A DNA stretch of 61,329 nt, from NCBI GenBank assembly GCA_002385605.1, contig DGDU01000005.1, forward strand, positions 1 to 61,329, written 5' to 3'. Shown here piece by piece: positions 29,422 to 38,459 of this stretch. The translations under genes were made by a program, and so were the position numbers. Under the pieces are notes generated by a model, which searched no databases, was not told where the DNA came from, and saw only the letters and a list, made by a program, of their open reading frames with translations. Origin of the DNA: Christensenella sp. UBA3944 (GTDB lineage: Bacteria > Bacillota > Clostridia > Christensenellales > DTU072). Each line of letters begins with the position of its first letter. The first letter of the stretch is position 1.

Positions 29422-30102
29422 ATGAAAAAAATACGCGTTAACGGCGAGCTCTCGTTACTTCTCGCTCTGGCAATAATAGCCCTTTCGATAGCCCTTGTTA
29501 TAAAAGCCGATTTCGGCATGACGGTCGTGCAGGCGCCCGTATATGTACTAAGCCTTGCCCTGCCTTTTGTTTCGATAGGCGTGTGGAATTACATTGTGCA
29601 GGGCCTTATTATGGTGCTCATGATTGCCATTGTAAAAAGGGTGAAGGTCAGCTATCTTTTGTCCTTCGCCGCCGCGGTAATATACGGGCTTATGCTGGAT
29701 TTCGTAAACTGGCTGCTGGCGGGGGTTACGGCGCAATTCCTCTGGCAGAGGATACTCTTTTTCGGGGCGGGATATATACTGCTCTGCATCGCCGTCGCCA
29801 TATTTTTCACCTGCAAGGCGCCCCTCATGCCCTACGATATTTTCGTGCGGGAGGTCGCCGCTTACAAGAAAATAACCATACCGAAATTAAAATGGATTTT
29901 CGACATAGCCTGCATAACCACGGCGGTTGTTATTTCTCTCGCCATAACCCATAAAATAAAGGGCGTAGGCATAGGCACCGTGATTTTTGCCTTTACCGTA
30001 AGCCCCGTTTCGTCCCTGATTATGAAATTCCTTAACGCCAGGTTCGAGTTCAAGCCCTTTTTCAGGGACAAGGAATATGTATTAAAAACAAAGCGCAAAT
30101 AA
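29422..30102 (+). CDS. Polytopic membrane protein (YczE/DUF6198-like)
   Basis: 226 aa with 5-6 TM helices. The N-terminus ...LSIALVIKADFGMTVVQAP resembles YczE-type proteins. The SD is weak or absent, and the ATG lies only about 7 nt after a TAATAT -10 box. Confidence 0.6.
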   Translation: MKKIRVNGELSLLLALAIIALSIALVIKADFGMTVVQAPVYVLSLALPFVSIGVWNYIVQGLIMVLMIAIVKRVKVSYLLSFAAAVIYGLMLDFVNWLLAGVTAQFLWQRILFFGAGYILLCIAVAIFFTCKAPLMPYDIFVREVAAYKKITIPKLKWIFDIACITTAVVISLAITHKIKGVGIGTVIFAFTVSPVSSLIMKFLNARFEFKPFFRDKEYVLKTKRK

Positions 30103-30104
30103 GG

Positions 30105-30890
30105 CTATTTTTCGTTTGCCGCCTCGGTGTTATGGGTTCTGTGCAGCCGTTTATATATAAGCTCGCACACCCCGAACACTGCAAAGCTCATACCGTTGAA
30201 AACAAGATAAATGATTATTACATTTACAGGCGGCCTTGTGTTGTTTATTATGGGCAGTTTTGAGGGGTCGGAGAGCGCCATAAAGTTTTCGCCCGTAATC
30301 CTGTTGGCAAGAAGTATTACGGCAAACAATATGATGTTCCCGAGAAGCACCCCGCCCAAGTGCTTAAGCCTGGGCGTATACCCCCTCGCTGTAATTAGCA
30401 TAAGCGCCATATACCCGTTGAGCACATGGAACAGCACGCTGGACACCGTGTACATATGGAAAGGCGGGTTGTCCGAAAATACCGTGTACGGGTAAAACAC
30501 AACCGCTATGTTGCTAAGCAGCCCCACCACAAAAGCAAGCGGATAGAACCATTGCTTTTTGATAAAGAAAATAGCCAGTATAAGAAGGTACATAGCTATT
30601 TCGGACATCTCGAATTTTACGATGGTGTTAAAATATTGCACCTTGTAGACATAAATGTAATATATGGCGTAGCGCATAATCATCACAAGCCCCATGGCGA
30701 TCGCCCCGCCCTTTAACATTTTTTCGCGGGCCCCGGGGCTCTTGTTCTTTGATTTATACACCAGAAAATAAGCGAAAAAGTTAAGCGGCACAATAAAGAG
30801 AAGGTGCACCAGCACATACACATACATGGGTAGGTCGACGGGATTTTTTAAAATATAATAATCGTAAAAATAGCTAAATGCGGTTCCCAT
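30105..30890 (-). CDS. Polytopic integral membrane protein (YwaF/TP0381-like?)
   Basis: I chose ATG 30890 (MGTAFSYFYDYY...; SD GAGGGG 4 nt upstream) over the longer ORF start at 30947. The protein is 261 aa with about 7 TM helices. Confidence 0.6.
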   Translation of the reverse strand: MGTAFSYFYDYYILKNPVDLPMYVYVLVHLLFIVPLNFFAYFLVYKSKNKSPGAREKMLKGGAIAMGLVMIMRYAIYYIYVYKVQYFNTIVKFEMSEIAMYLLILAIFFIKKQWFYPLAFVVGLLSNIAVVFYPYTVFSDNPPFHMYTVSSVLFHVLNGYMALMLITARGYTPRLKHLGGVLLGNIILFAVILLANRITGENFMALSDPSKLPIINNTRPPVNVIIIYLVFNGMSFAVFGVCELIYKRLHRTHNTEAANEK

Positions 30891-31129
30891 AATACCCCTC
30901 AAAGAAAGCCCAAATCGGCTTCTTATTTTAAGGCTACCATAGCACAATACGGGCGTTTTGTCAATAAAGAAAAACCCTTAGGGCAAAATTTGAAAATTCC
31001 AGCGAAGATTTTACCGCCTTACGCTGTTTTACCCTTTCTTTTCACTTTTATTGTGGCGGATTCCTCTGGCACAATCGCAAGTTTTAGGATATAATAGTGT
31101 TCGGCGTTTTTGCCAATCGGAGAAAAAGC

Positions 31130-32314
31130 GTGTACTCGTTGCTTCTTGTTATCATTTATCTTGCGTTTATAAGCCTCGGGCTTCCCGACTCCCTTCTGGG
31201 GGCGGGCTGGCCCGTTATGCAAGCCGAGCTTAATGTCCCCCTGTCCTACGCGGGTATAGTCACCATGATTATCGCGGGCGGTACCATTATCTCCAGCCTT
31301 TTTTCCGACCGCCTTACCAAAAAGCTGGGCGCGGGGCTTGTTACCGCCATAAGCGTCATGCTTACTGCGCTGGCCCTTATCGGCTTTTCGGTATCCAACC
31401 GCTTTTATATGCTTTGCCTTTGGGCAATACCTTACGGCTTGGGCGCCGGCGCGATAGACGCCGCGTTAAATAACTATGTCGCCCTGCATTACTCCTCCCG
31501 CCACATGAGCTGGCTGCATTGCTTCTGGGGCGTGGGGGCGACAATAAGCCCCTATATCATGGGATACTTCCTCACGGGAGGGCGGCTGGATTGGCCTTTA
31601 GGATATCGTACTGTGGGCTTTATTCAGATAGGCTTAACCGTTATATTGTTTGCTAGCCTGCCCATCTGGAAAAGAAACGGCATCGTGGCGGGCAAAGAAA
31701 AGACGCCCCCCATCGGGCTTGCCAAAACGCTTAAGGTAAAAGGCGTGCCCTATGTGCTTGTAGCCTTTTTAGCCTATTGCGGTATGGAGCAGACGGCGTC
31801 TATCTGGGCGAGCAGCTATCTTGTGGTGTACCACGGCACCGACGCCGAAACTGCGGCGAGGTTTGCCTCTCTTTTCTTTATAGGTATGACTGTGGGGCGC
31901 TTCCTGAACGGCTTTGCGGCGGGCAAGCTCTCCGACAAGCAGCTTATAAGAATCGGTATGATAATTTCGCTTTCGGGCGTAATCCTTATGGGCATACCCG
32001 TGGGCACAAATGTAACGGCGCTTATAGGGCTGGTTATAGTGGGTTTAGGCTGCGCGCCCGTTTACCCCTCGATAATACACGCCACCCCGTATAATTTCGG
32101 CAAGGAATACTCGCAGGCGATAGTGGGCGTCGAAATGGCGTTTGCCTACATAGGCAGCACCTTCTTGCCCCCGCTGTTCGGCGTAATCGCCGAGAAGATA
32201 AACATAGGGCTGTACCCCGTATACCTTTTGTTCTTCGGGATAATCGTCCTCATTATGTCCGAAGTATTAAACAAAAAGGTTGCCCCTAAGCCCGAAGCTT
32301 TAACCGTCGATTAA
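31130..32314 (+). CDS. MFS transporter
   Basis: It has about 12 TM helices and an MFS-like loop (SDRLTKKLG). I prefer GTG 31130 (SD GGAG 7 nt upstream) to the track start at 31097, which sits 2 nt after a TATAAT box (31090-31095). Confidence 0.8.
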   Translation: MYSLLLVIIYLAFISLGLPDSLLGAGWPVMQAELNVPLSYAGIVTMIIAGGTIISSLFSDRLTKKLGAGLVTAISVMLTALALIGFSVSNRFYMLCLWAIPYGLGAGAIDAALNNYVALHYSSRHMSWLHCFWGVGATISPYIMGYFLTGGRLDWPLGYRTVGFIQIGLTVILFASLPIWKRNGIVAGKEKTPPIGLAKTLKVKGVPYVLVAFLAYCGMEQTASIWASSYLVVYHGTDAETAARFASLFFIGMTVGRFLNGFAAGKLSDKQLIRIGMIISLSGVILMGIPVGTNVTALIGLVIVGLGCAPVYPSIIHATPYNFGKEYSQAIVGVEMAFAYIGSTFLPPLFGVIAEKINIGLYPVYLLFFGIIVLIMSEVLNKKVAPKPEALTVD

Positions 32315-32352
32315 TTCTTGCAGAATATTACAAAAAGCCTTTAAGATATCCG

Positions 32353-32381
32353 TTGCCAAACCGCCCATACTAATGTATAAT
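32353..32381 (+). promoter_or_regulatory. Sigma-A promoter of the SRP RNA gene
   Basis: TTGCCA (32353-32358), 17 nt, TATAAT (32376-32381), placing the transcription start near 32388. Confidence 0.6.
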
Positions 32382-32387
32382 AGTCCT

Positions 32388-32653
32388 AGTGTGCTAGACG
32401 GGGAGCTAGCGGTGCCCTGTAACCTGCAATCCGCTACAGCAGGGTCGAACGCCCGCCGAGGCATATTCTATGGAAAGCCGACGGTTATAAGGAATGTTGA
32501 TCTCAAGGTCTTGTGCAATTTCGGGTCGTGAACCGTGTCAGGGCCTGACCGCAGCAGCACTAAGCGATTTACGGGATGTGCCACGAGGAAGCTTTGAGGG
32601 AGTCACCTGTAACCGTGCCGATTCGGTAGTTTATGTCGGAGCGGGTGCACACT
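32388..32653 (+). ncRNA. ffs: Signal recognition particle RNA, long Bacillus type (scRNA with Alu domain)
   Basis: The 5' segment GGGGAGCTAGCGGTGCCCTGTAACCTGCAATCCGCTACAGCAGGGTCGAA closely parallels B. subtilis scRNA. The domain IV core is GTGTCAGGGCCTGACCGCAGCAGC (compare GUCAGGUCCGGAAGGAAGCAGC). The 5' AGTGTGC pairs with the 3' GCACACT. Length is about 266 nt, followed by a T-run and a terminator. Confidence 0.88.
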
Positions 32654-32666
32654 TTTTTTATAAAGC

Positions 32667-32694
32667 AAAAAGGCTCTCATTCGAGAGCCTTTTG
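32667..32694. terminator. Bidirectional terminator (SRP RNA / XRE regulator gene)
   Basis: AAAAGGCTCTC-ATTC-GAGAGCCTTTT at a convergent junction. Confidence 0.8.
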
Positions 32695-32721
32695 TGTTTG
32701 TTAACCCGAAATTATTTTTTC

Positions 32722-33600
32722 TTATTTTTCTAATGCCTTAAGTATCGAGGTAACTATACCGCAGCTTATGGCGGCTACGGGGAAGGCGACCCAGGCTATG
32801 TGCCAGAGGCCTTTGAGGAAGCCGAGAAGCAAAAACACGACAACAGCCGAGAGCATCAGGGCGCTTGTAAGGCCTTCCTGAAGTTTCTTGTACCTGGCGG
32901 GCACCGGCTGCTCTTCTTCGGGGAGGGCGTAGGTCTTTTCGAAGCTGCCCCATTGCACGCCCGCGTAAATAACGGCGCTTATGCCAAGTATAAGCACGGC
33001 AAAGAATACGGGCAAGGATATATTTATCTTTACACGGGCGCCTGTCATGGCTATAAACATTGCGACCGACGCGATTATCGTAAATATACCCGCCGACAAA
33101 GCCGCGCCGAGCGCCCTGCCCTTTCTGGCGTTTTGCTCGGTCATTTCGGCGCTTCTTATCCTGCGGTTAAAGGATGAGAACACTATTAAAAATACGGCGA
33201 CGGCGACGCAGCCGAGCATTACGGGCACATATATGCCGTATTTAATATCGTTTACCGAAAGGGTTATAAGAATCAATACACCTATTAATATAAGCGCGAC
33301 GGAGCCCGCTAGAGTAAAAGCCTCGCCCTTGGTCATAGGCTTTAATTGCCTGACCTTGGGTTCGGGCTTCTCGGGCTCGGGAGCGGGCTCGAGGGCGGTA
33401 TTCCTTTCACCCCTTAAAAGCTCGTCCACAGTAATCCCGAATACATTGGCTATCGGTACGAGAAGCGAGGTTTCGGGGTAGGATTCCCCCGTTTCCCACT
33501 TGGATACCGCTTTATTTGTCACGCCCAGCAAGTCGGCAAGCTCTGTTTGGGTCATACCCTTCTCTTTGCGCAGGGTGTACAGGAAATCTCCGAATCTCAT
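32722..33600 (-). CDS. Membrane-anchored XRE-family HTH transcriptional regulator
   Basis: I chose ATG 33600 (SD GGAGG 7 nt upstream; MRFGDFLYTLRKEKGMTQTELADLLGVTNKAVSKWETGESYPE...). The HTH_3 domain is followed by a Pro/Glu linker and about 6 TM helices. The track ORF begins 21 codons earlier without an SD. Confidence 0.85.
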   Translation of the reverse strand: MRFGDFLYTLRKEKGMTQTELADLLGVTNKAVSKWETGESYPETSLLVPIANVFGITVDELLRGERNTALEPAPEPEKPEPKVRQLKPMTKGEAFTLAGSVALILIGVLILITLSVNDIKYGIYVPVMLGCVAVAVFLIVFSSFNRRIRSAEMTEQNARKGRALGAALSAGIFTIIASVAMFIAMTGARVKINISLPVFFAVLILGISAVIYAGVQWGSFEKTYALPEEEQPVPARYKKLQEGLTSALMLSAVVVFLLLGFLKGLWHIAWVAFPVAAISCGIVTSILKALEK

Positions 33601-33753
33601 TTTTTTACCTCCGTTTGGTTTGCTAACCGAATTATACAACATCGTATTCGGGAGGCAAACCACTCTCTCTAGAAGTTGATATCGGCGGTCTAGAACTTTG
33701 TCGAATTTAGGTAGAATCTACTTATTCTAGACTTACGGCCGCCGAAAAACGGG

Positions 33754-34878
33754 CTATTCTTCGGTTTCTTCGCCAAAACCGCCATCTGGCACGGTATCGC
33801 TTTTTCCGAAAAGTATCTCCGAAATTTTGTCCTTAAGCGTGTCTATCCCCCGGTTGTATTTGGCGCTTATAACGCAGTAATTGCCCGTGTCGGGCAGAAT
33901 TTGCGGCATACCGAGGTCGCACTTGTTGTAAACGGTAAGCATGGGGATATCCCCCGCGCCGATGGACTCGAGCACCTCTTTTACAACATCGTACTGCTCG
34001 AGGATATCCTCCGAAACGCCGTCCACGACATGCAAAATGAGGTCGCTGTTTATTGTTTCCTCAAGGGTGCTTTTGAAAGCCTCCACGAAATGGTGGGGAA
34101 GCCTTGATATAAAGCCGACCGTGTCGAAAACAAGCACCTGCCTCCCTTCGCCGAGCCATAGCTTTCTGCCTACGGGGTCTAAGGTCGCGAACAGCTTGTC
34201 CTCCTCCGGAACGCCCGCTTTGGTAAGGGCGTTCATAAGGGTGGATTTGCCCGCGTTGGTGTAGCCAACGATAGATACCGTCTTTACATTGGAATTCTGG
34301 CGGTTTGCCCTTCTTCTGGCGCGCTCTTCGCCCAGTTTTTTGATTTTTTCCTGAAGGTGCTTTATCTCTAATTTTATGGCGCGCCTGTCCAGCTCCTTTT
34401 GCTGCTCGCCGCCGCCGCGCCTTGCGCCTCCGCCGCCCGCTCCGCCGCCGCCCTGGCGGGAAAGAGCCTCGAAAGAGCCGATTATCCGCGGCAGCTCCTT
34501 CTTCTTTTGGGCAAGCTCGACCTGCAGCTTGCCTTCGTTGCTTCTTGCGTGGCGGGAGAATATCTCGAGAATTAATGTTTCGCGGTCTATGACATCAACG
34601 CCCAGAAATTCCTCCAGGCTATGGAACTGGCTTCCCGACAAGTCGTTATCGAATATAACGATATCGGCGCCAAGGGCTTCAACGAGCCTTTTTAGTTCCT
34701 CAAGCTTGCCTCTGCCTATATAATAGGTTTTGTCGGGTTTTTCTTTGCGCTGGGTGAGAGAAGCCGCCGTTTCGTAATCGGCGGTTTCGGCGAGCTGCTC
34801 AAGCTCCTTAATAACTTTGAGGGCATCCCCGCTGTCGGCGACATTTACGAGAATTGCCTTCTTTTTTGTATCCGTCAT
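33754..34878 (-). CDS. hflX: GTPase HflX
   Basis: 374 aa. It has the HflX N-domain and a Gly-rich loop, then a G domain (GYTNAGKST, DTVGF, NKCD). Its ATG overlaps the upstream gene's stop (ATGA). Confidence 0.93.
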   Translation of the reverse strand: MTDTKKKAILVNVADSGDALKVIKELEQLAETADYETAASLTQRKEKPDKTYYIGRGKLEELKRLVEALGADIVIFDNDLSGSQFHSLEEFLGVDVIDRETLILEIFSRHARSNEGKLQVELAQKKKELPRIIGSFEALSRQGGGGAGGGGARRGGGEQQKELDRRAIKLEIKHLQEKIKKLGEERARRRANRQNSNVKTVSIVGYTNAGKSTLMNALTKAGVPEEDKLFATLDPVGRKLWLGEGRQVLVFDTVGFISRLPHHFVEAFKSTLEETINSDLILHVVDGVSEDILEQYDVVKEVLESIGAGDIPMLTVYNKCDLGMPQILPDTGNYCVISAKYNRGIDTLKDKISEILFGKSDTVPDGGFGEETEE

Positions 34879-35573
34879 GAAATAAGCTCCCTGATAACCT
34901 CTCCCGCGATTGTAAGCCCGACAACGCCCGGCACGAAGGCTACGCTTCCGGGCGGCTGCTTTCTTAAGCCTTCCTCTTTCGCAACCTTGACAGGCTCTTC
35001 TTTGGAGTATACCGCTTTTACGCCTTGTATACCCCTGGCTTTAAGCTCCCTTCGCATAACCTTAGCCATCGGGCAGACTGAGGTTTGGGAAATATCGGCT
35101 ACCTCAAATCCCGTGGGGATAAGCTTGTTGCCCGCCCCCATGGACGAAATAATGGGGGTGCCCGCCTGTTTGCACTTTTCGGCGAGGATAAGCTTGGAGG
35201 TTATCCTGTCTATCGCGTCAACCACATAATCGTATGACGCAAAATCGAAATTATCGGCGTTAGAAGCGTCAAAAAAGCAAAAATGCGTTTCTACAACTGT
35301 TTCGGGGTCTATGTCGGCTATCCTCTGTTTGCACGCCTCGACCTTGGGCATGCCCAAAGTAGACTGCATGGCAATCAGCTGGCGGTTAAGGTTGCTTGGG
35401 GCAACCGTGTCGCCGTCAACGAGAACGAGGCGCCCTACCCCGCTGCGGGCAAGCGCCTCTACCGCGTAAGAGCCTACGCCGCCCACGCCGAACACCGCGA
35501 CGGTGGACGCGCGCAGCTTGGCAAATGCCTCCTCTCCGATAAGCCTTATCGTTCGTGAATAAATAGATTCCAT
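34875..35573 (-). CDS. tcdA: tRNA threonylcarbamoyladenosine dehydratase (ThiF/MoeB-fold, TcdA/YgdL-like)
   Basis: It contains FGVGGVGSYAVEALARSGVGRLVLVDGD...NLNRQ. The start is ambiguous: ATG 35573 (MESIYSRTIRLIG) matches the length of TcdA homologues, whereas the track uses TTG 35624, which would overlap the ADH gene by 41 nt. Confidence 0.75.
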   Translation of the reverse strand: MESIYSRTIRLIGEEAFAKLRASTVAVFGVGGVGSYAVEALARSGVGRLVLVDGDTVAPSNLNRQLIAMQSTLGMPKVEACKQRIADIDPETVVETHFCFFDASNADNFDFASYDYVVDAIDRITSKLILAEKCKQAGTPIISSMGAGNKLIPTGFEVADISQTSVCPMAKVMRRELKARGIQGVKAVYSKEEPVKVAKEEGLRKQPPGSVAFVPGVVGLTIAGEVIRELIS

Positions 35574-35583
35574 TCGGTCGGTT

Positions 35584-36792
35584 TTATTCCTGTACTGCCT
35601 TGAATATCTTTGTGATTTCGTCAAGCCCCATCAGCCTGGGCACGGGATAAAGCGGGTTGGCTTCCTTGAAAGCCCTCTTGGCAAGGATGGGAAGGTCCTC
35701 GTCCTTTATGCCCTTTATGGCGGTGGGTATCTGCATGTAGGCGTTCATCTCCTTTATGGCGGCGATAAACTTGTTTGCCTTTTGCTCGTCGGTTTCGCCC
35801 TCGCTGGTTATGCCCGCTACATCGGCAAGCTCGGCAAGCCTCTTGTGGGCGGATTCGCCGAAGGCCTCAAGCACTACGGGAAGTATGACGGCGTTTGCCA
35901 GCCCGTGCGGCACATTGTACATACCGCCAAGGGTGTGGGCGACGGCGTGCACATAGCCTACATAAGCCCTGGTGAAAGCCACGCCCGCGTAGTAAGCGGC
36001 GAACTGCATATTTCTTCTTGCCTCGAGGTTAGACCCGTTGTCGTAGGCTTCCTTTAGGTTATCGAATATGAGCTTTACCGCCTTTTTTGCCATATCCTCG
36101 GTTTCGCGGGTGTTGCTTCTGCCGATGTATGCCTCGACGGCGTGGGTGAGGGCATCCATGCCCGTTGTCGAAGTGATGTGTTTGGGTAACCCTTTAGTAA
36201 GTACGGGATCCAGGACGGCGTATCTCGGGATAAGCACGACATCGTTTATGGGGTACTTCTCGTGGGTTTCGCTGTTGGTGATAACCGCCGCGAGGGTTGC
36301 TTCGCTGCCCGTGCCGGCGGTGGTAGGTATCGCGAACAAGGGCGGGAGCTTCCTGAGAACCTTAAGCACGCCCTTCATCTTGGGTATGGGCTTATCGGGC
36401 CTTGCTATCCTCGCGCCCACGCCTTTGGCGCAGTCCATGGGCGAGCCGCCGCCGAATGCGATTATCGCCTCGCAGCCGTTTTCGCGGTAGAGCGCCGCGG
36501 CCTCTTCTATGTTGTCTATCGTGGGGTTAGGTACCGTCTTATCGTAGAAGGCGTAGGCGATGCCCTCCTTCTCCAGCCCTTCCTTGAGCGGCTCGACAAG
36601 CCCCAAAGAAGATATACCCTTATCGGTTACTATAAGAACTTTTTTTATGCCTTTGGATTTGATAAAGACGGGCAACTTAAGCAGGCTGTTCTCGCCCTCG
36701 ATAAGCTCGGGCTTGCGCCAGGGAAGAAGCGGCACTACAATCCTGAATACCGCCTGATAGATTCTGCAATACGCTTTGAATAATATATTCAT
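35584..36792 (-). CDS. Iron-containing alcohol dehydrogenase
   Basis: 402 aa. It carries GGGSPMDCAK and the metal-binding His cluster (HAVEAY..., HAVAHTLGG) typical of the Fe-ADH family. Confidence 0.9.
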   Translation of the reverse strand: MNILFKAYCRIYQAVFRIVVPLLPWRKPELIEGENSLLKLPVFIKSKGIKKVLIVTDKGISSLGLVEPLKEGLEKEGIAYAFYDKTVPNPTIDNIEEAAALYRENGCEAIIAFGGGSPMDCAKGVGARIARPDKPIPKMKGVLKVLRKLPPLFAIPTTAGTGSEATLAAVITNSETHEKYPINDVVLIPRYAVLDPVLTKGLPKHITSTTGMDALTHAVEAYIGRSNTRETEDMAKKAVKLIFDNLKEAYDNGSNLEARRNMQFAAYYAGVAFTRAYVGYVHAVAHTLGGMYNVPHGLANAVILPVVLEAFGESAHKRLAELADVAGITSEGETDEQKANKFIAAIKEMNAYMQIPTAIKGIKDEDLPILAKRAFKEANPLYPVPRLMGLDEITKIFKAVQE

Positions 36793-36901
36793 AGCAGCCC
36801 CCTTTTATTTTTAGGATAGTTAAATTATACCATATTACAATTTTATGAGCAACATTCGCAAACTTTGTTTTTGTGTTTAGGCGTAATTTCGACAAATAAT
36901 G

Positions 36902-36930
36902 TTGCCAATGTGTAACTTTGGCTTTATAAT
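36902..36930 (+). promoter_or_regulatory. Sigma-A promoter for yfcC-pfkB
   Basis: TTGCCA (36902-36907), 17 nt, TATAAT (36925-36930). Confidence 0.55.
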
Positions 36931-36959
36931 ATACTCATTAACGGAGAGAGGTAACTGTT

Positions 36960-38438
36960 TTGGAGGAGAAAGGCAACATTTCGGCCATGCCCGAAGGCAA
37001 TGACAATCCCAGAATCATTCAAATCAACAAAAGAGCGATAATAGTCGCCGTAGCGGTAATTCTCATACTTGTTATCGCGGCGTATGTTCTTACATTCGTA
37101 CTGCCCAGGGGCGCCTACGAGAGGGACGCTAACGGCTCTATCATAATGGGCACATACAAGGAGGATCCCACCCTGGACGGCATAGAGTGGTGGGAGTTTT
37201 TGCTCTCGCCCTTCCTTGTCCTTAACCCCGCGGAGGAAGGCGCGATAATCCTTTACAGCATAATGCTGCTTCTGGTAATAATAGGCGCCGTGTTTATGAC
37301 GCTAGAAAAAAGCGGCATATTGGTCTATATGGTAAAGGCGATAGCCCATAAATTCATAAAAAAGAAATATCAGCTTCTCGCCATCCTTACCTTCGCCTTT
37401 ATGTTCCTCGGCAGCGCCGTCGGTATGTTCGAGGAGCTTATCCCTCTCGTGCCGATTATAATAATGCTGTCTTACGCCCTGGGCTGGGACGCCCTTGTGG
37501 GTCTTGGGATATCGGTAATGGGCAGCTGCTTCGGCTTCGCCGCGGGCGTAATGAACCCCTTTACGGTGGGCGTCGCGCAAACAATAGGCAAACTGCCTAT
37601 GTTCTCGGGCATAGAGGTAAGGCTTATCTCCTTCATCCTTATTTACGGTATCCTGATGGCGTTTCTTTACTTCTACGCCAAAAAGATAGACAAAAACCCG
37701 CAAAAGTCCCCCGTTTATCTGGCCGACCTCGAGCGCAAAAAGAGCTTCTCCTTCGAGGTTGACGACTTTGTTTTCGACAAGACAAAAAGCAACGCCCTGA
37801 AGTGGTTCGCGGGCTGGCTCGGTGTCGTCATTGTTTCGGCAATCGTGTCTATCTTCTGGCACCCCTTGTCGGATTACATAATCTACATAACCCTTGTATG
37901 CTATGTCGTGGGCGGCTTCGGAGCCTCTATAATATGCGGCATACGCGGCAAAGAGTTCTTTAAGCTTGTAGGCAAAGGCGTCCTCACCCTTCTGCCCGCC
38001 GTCGCCATGATAATGATAGCGGGCGGCGTGCGCTTTATTATCGAGAAGGGCAACATAATGGACACCATTTTGTTCCGCACCCTTCCCCTGCTCGAGAATC
38101 AGCACCCTCTCGCTGGCAGCATAATGATTTACTTTATAATCATCGTGTTCGAGCTTTTCATCCCCAGTGGCTCGGCCAAAGCAGTTTTGCTTATGCCCAT
38201 AATCTTTGAGCTTTGCAATATGTCGGGCATACATCCGCAGGTCGCCGTGCTTGCATTCGCCTTCGCCGACGGCTTCAGCAATATACTGCACCCCACAAAC
38301 GCCGGGCTTCTTCTCATTCTCGGCATGACAACCGTAGACTACGGCAAATGGTTCAAGTGGAGCATTAAGATTCAGCTCGCGCTGTTCGCGGCGTCGGTCG
38401 CCATGCTTGCTTTCGCCCAGATGGTATATTACGCATAA
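36960..38438 (+). CDS. YfcC-family (DcuC/ArsB-superfamily) membrane transporter
   Basis: 492 aa with a TTG start after GGAGAGAGG. The segments MNPFTVGVAQTIG...FSG and SGSAKAVLLMPI...VAVLAFAFADGFSNILHPT parallel E. coli YfcC. Confidence 0.8.
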   Translation: MEEKGNISAMPEGNDNPRIIQINKRAIIVAVAVILILVIAAYVLTFVLPRGAYERDANGSIIMGTYKEDPTLDGIEWWEFLLSPFLVLNPAEEGAIILYSIMLLLVIIGAVFMTLEKSGILVYMVKAIAHKFIKKKYQLLAILTFAFMFLGSAVGMFEELIPLVPIIIMLSYALGWDALVGLGISVMGSCFGFAAGVMNPFTVGVAQTIGKLPMFSGIEVRLISFILIYGILMAFLYFYAKKIDKNPQKSPVYLADLERKKSFSFEVDDFVFDKTKSNALKWFAGWLGVVIVSAIVSIFWHPLSDYIIYITLVCYVVGGFGASIICGIRGKEFFKLVGKGVLTLLPAVAMIMIAGGVRFIIEKGNIMDTILFRTLPLLENQHPLAGSIMIYFIIIVFELFIPSGSAKAVLLMPIIFELCNMSGIHPQVAVLAFAFADGFSNILHPTNAGLLLILGMTTVDYGKWFKWSIKIQLALFAASVAMLAFAQMVYYA

Positions 38439-38459
38439 AAAAATAAGACGGATATAGCT

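Noticed and set aside
31067-31084. A TGGCAC hexamer resembling a sigma-54 -24 element upstream of the MFS gene.
   Set aside because: There is no TTGC -12 element at the required 5-nt spacing, and a TATAAT box follows instead.
32494-32733. A 79-aa plus-strand ORF.
   Set aside because: It lies inside the SRP RNA gene and its terminator. The RNA homology explains the conservation, and there is no SD.
33699-33705. A Spo0A-box heptamer TGTCGAA. It also occurs near 9708, 11726 and 11841.
   Set aside because: A 7-mer is expected several times by chance in 61 kb on both strands. There is no clustering or consistent promoter placement, and one copy is simply the glyQS start codon context.
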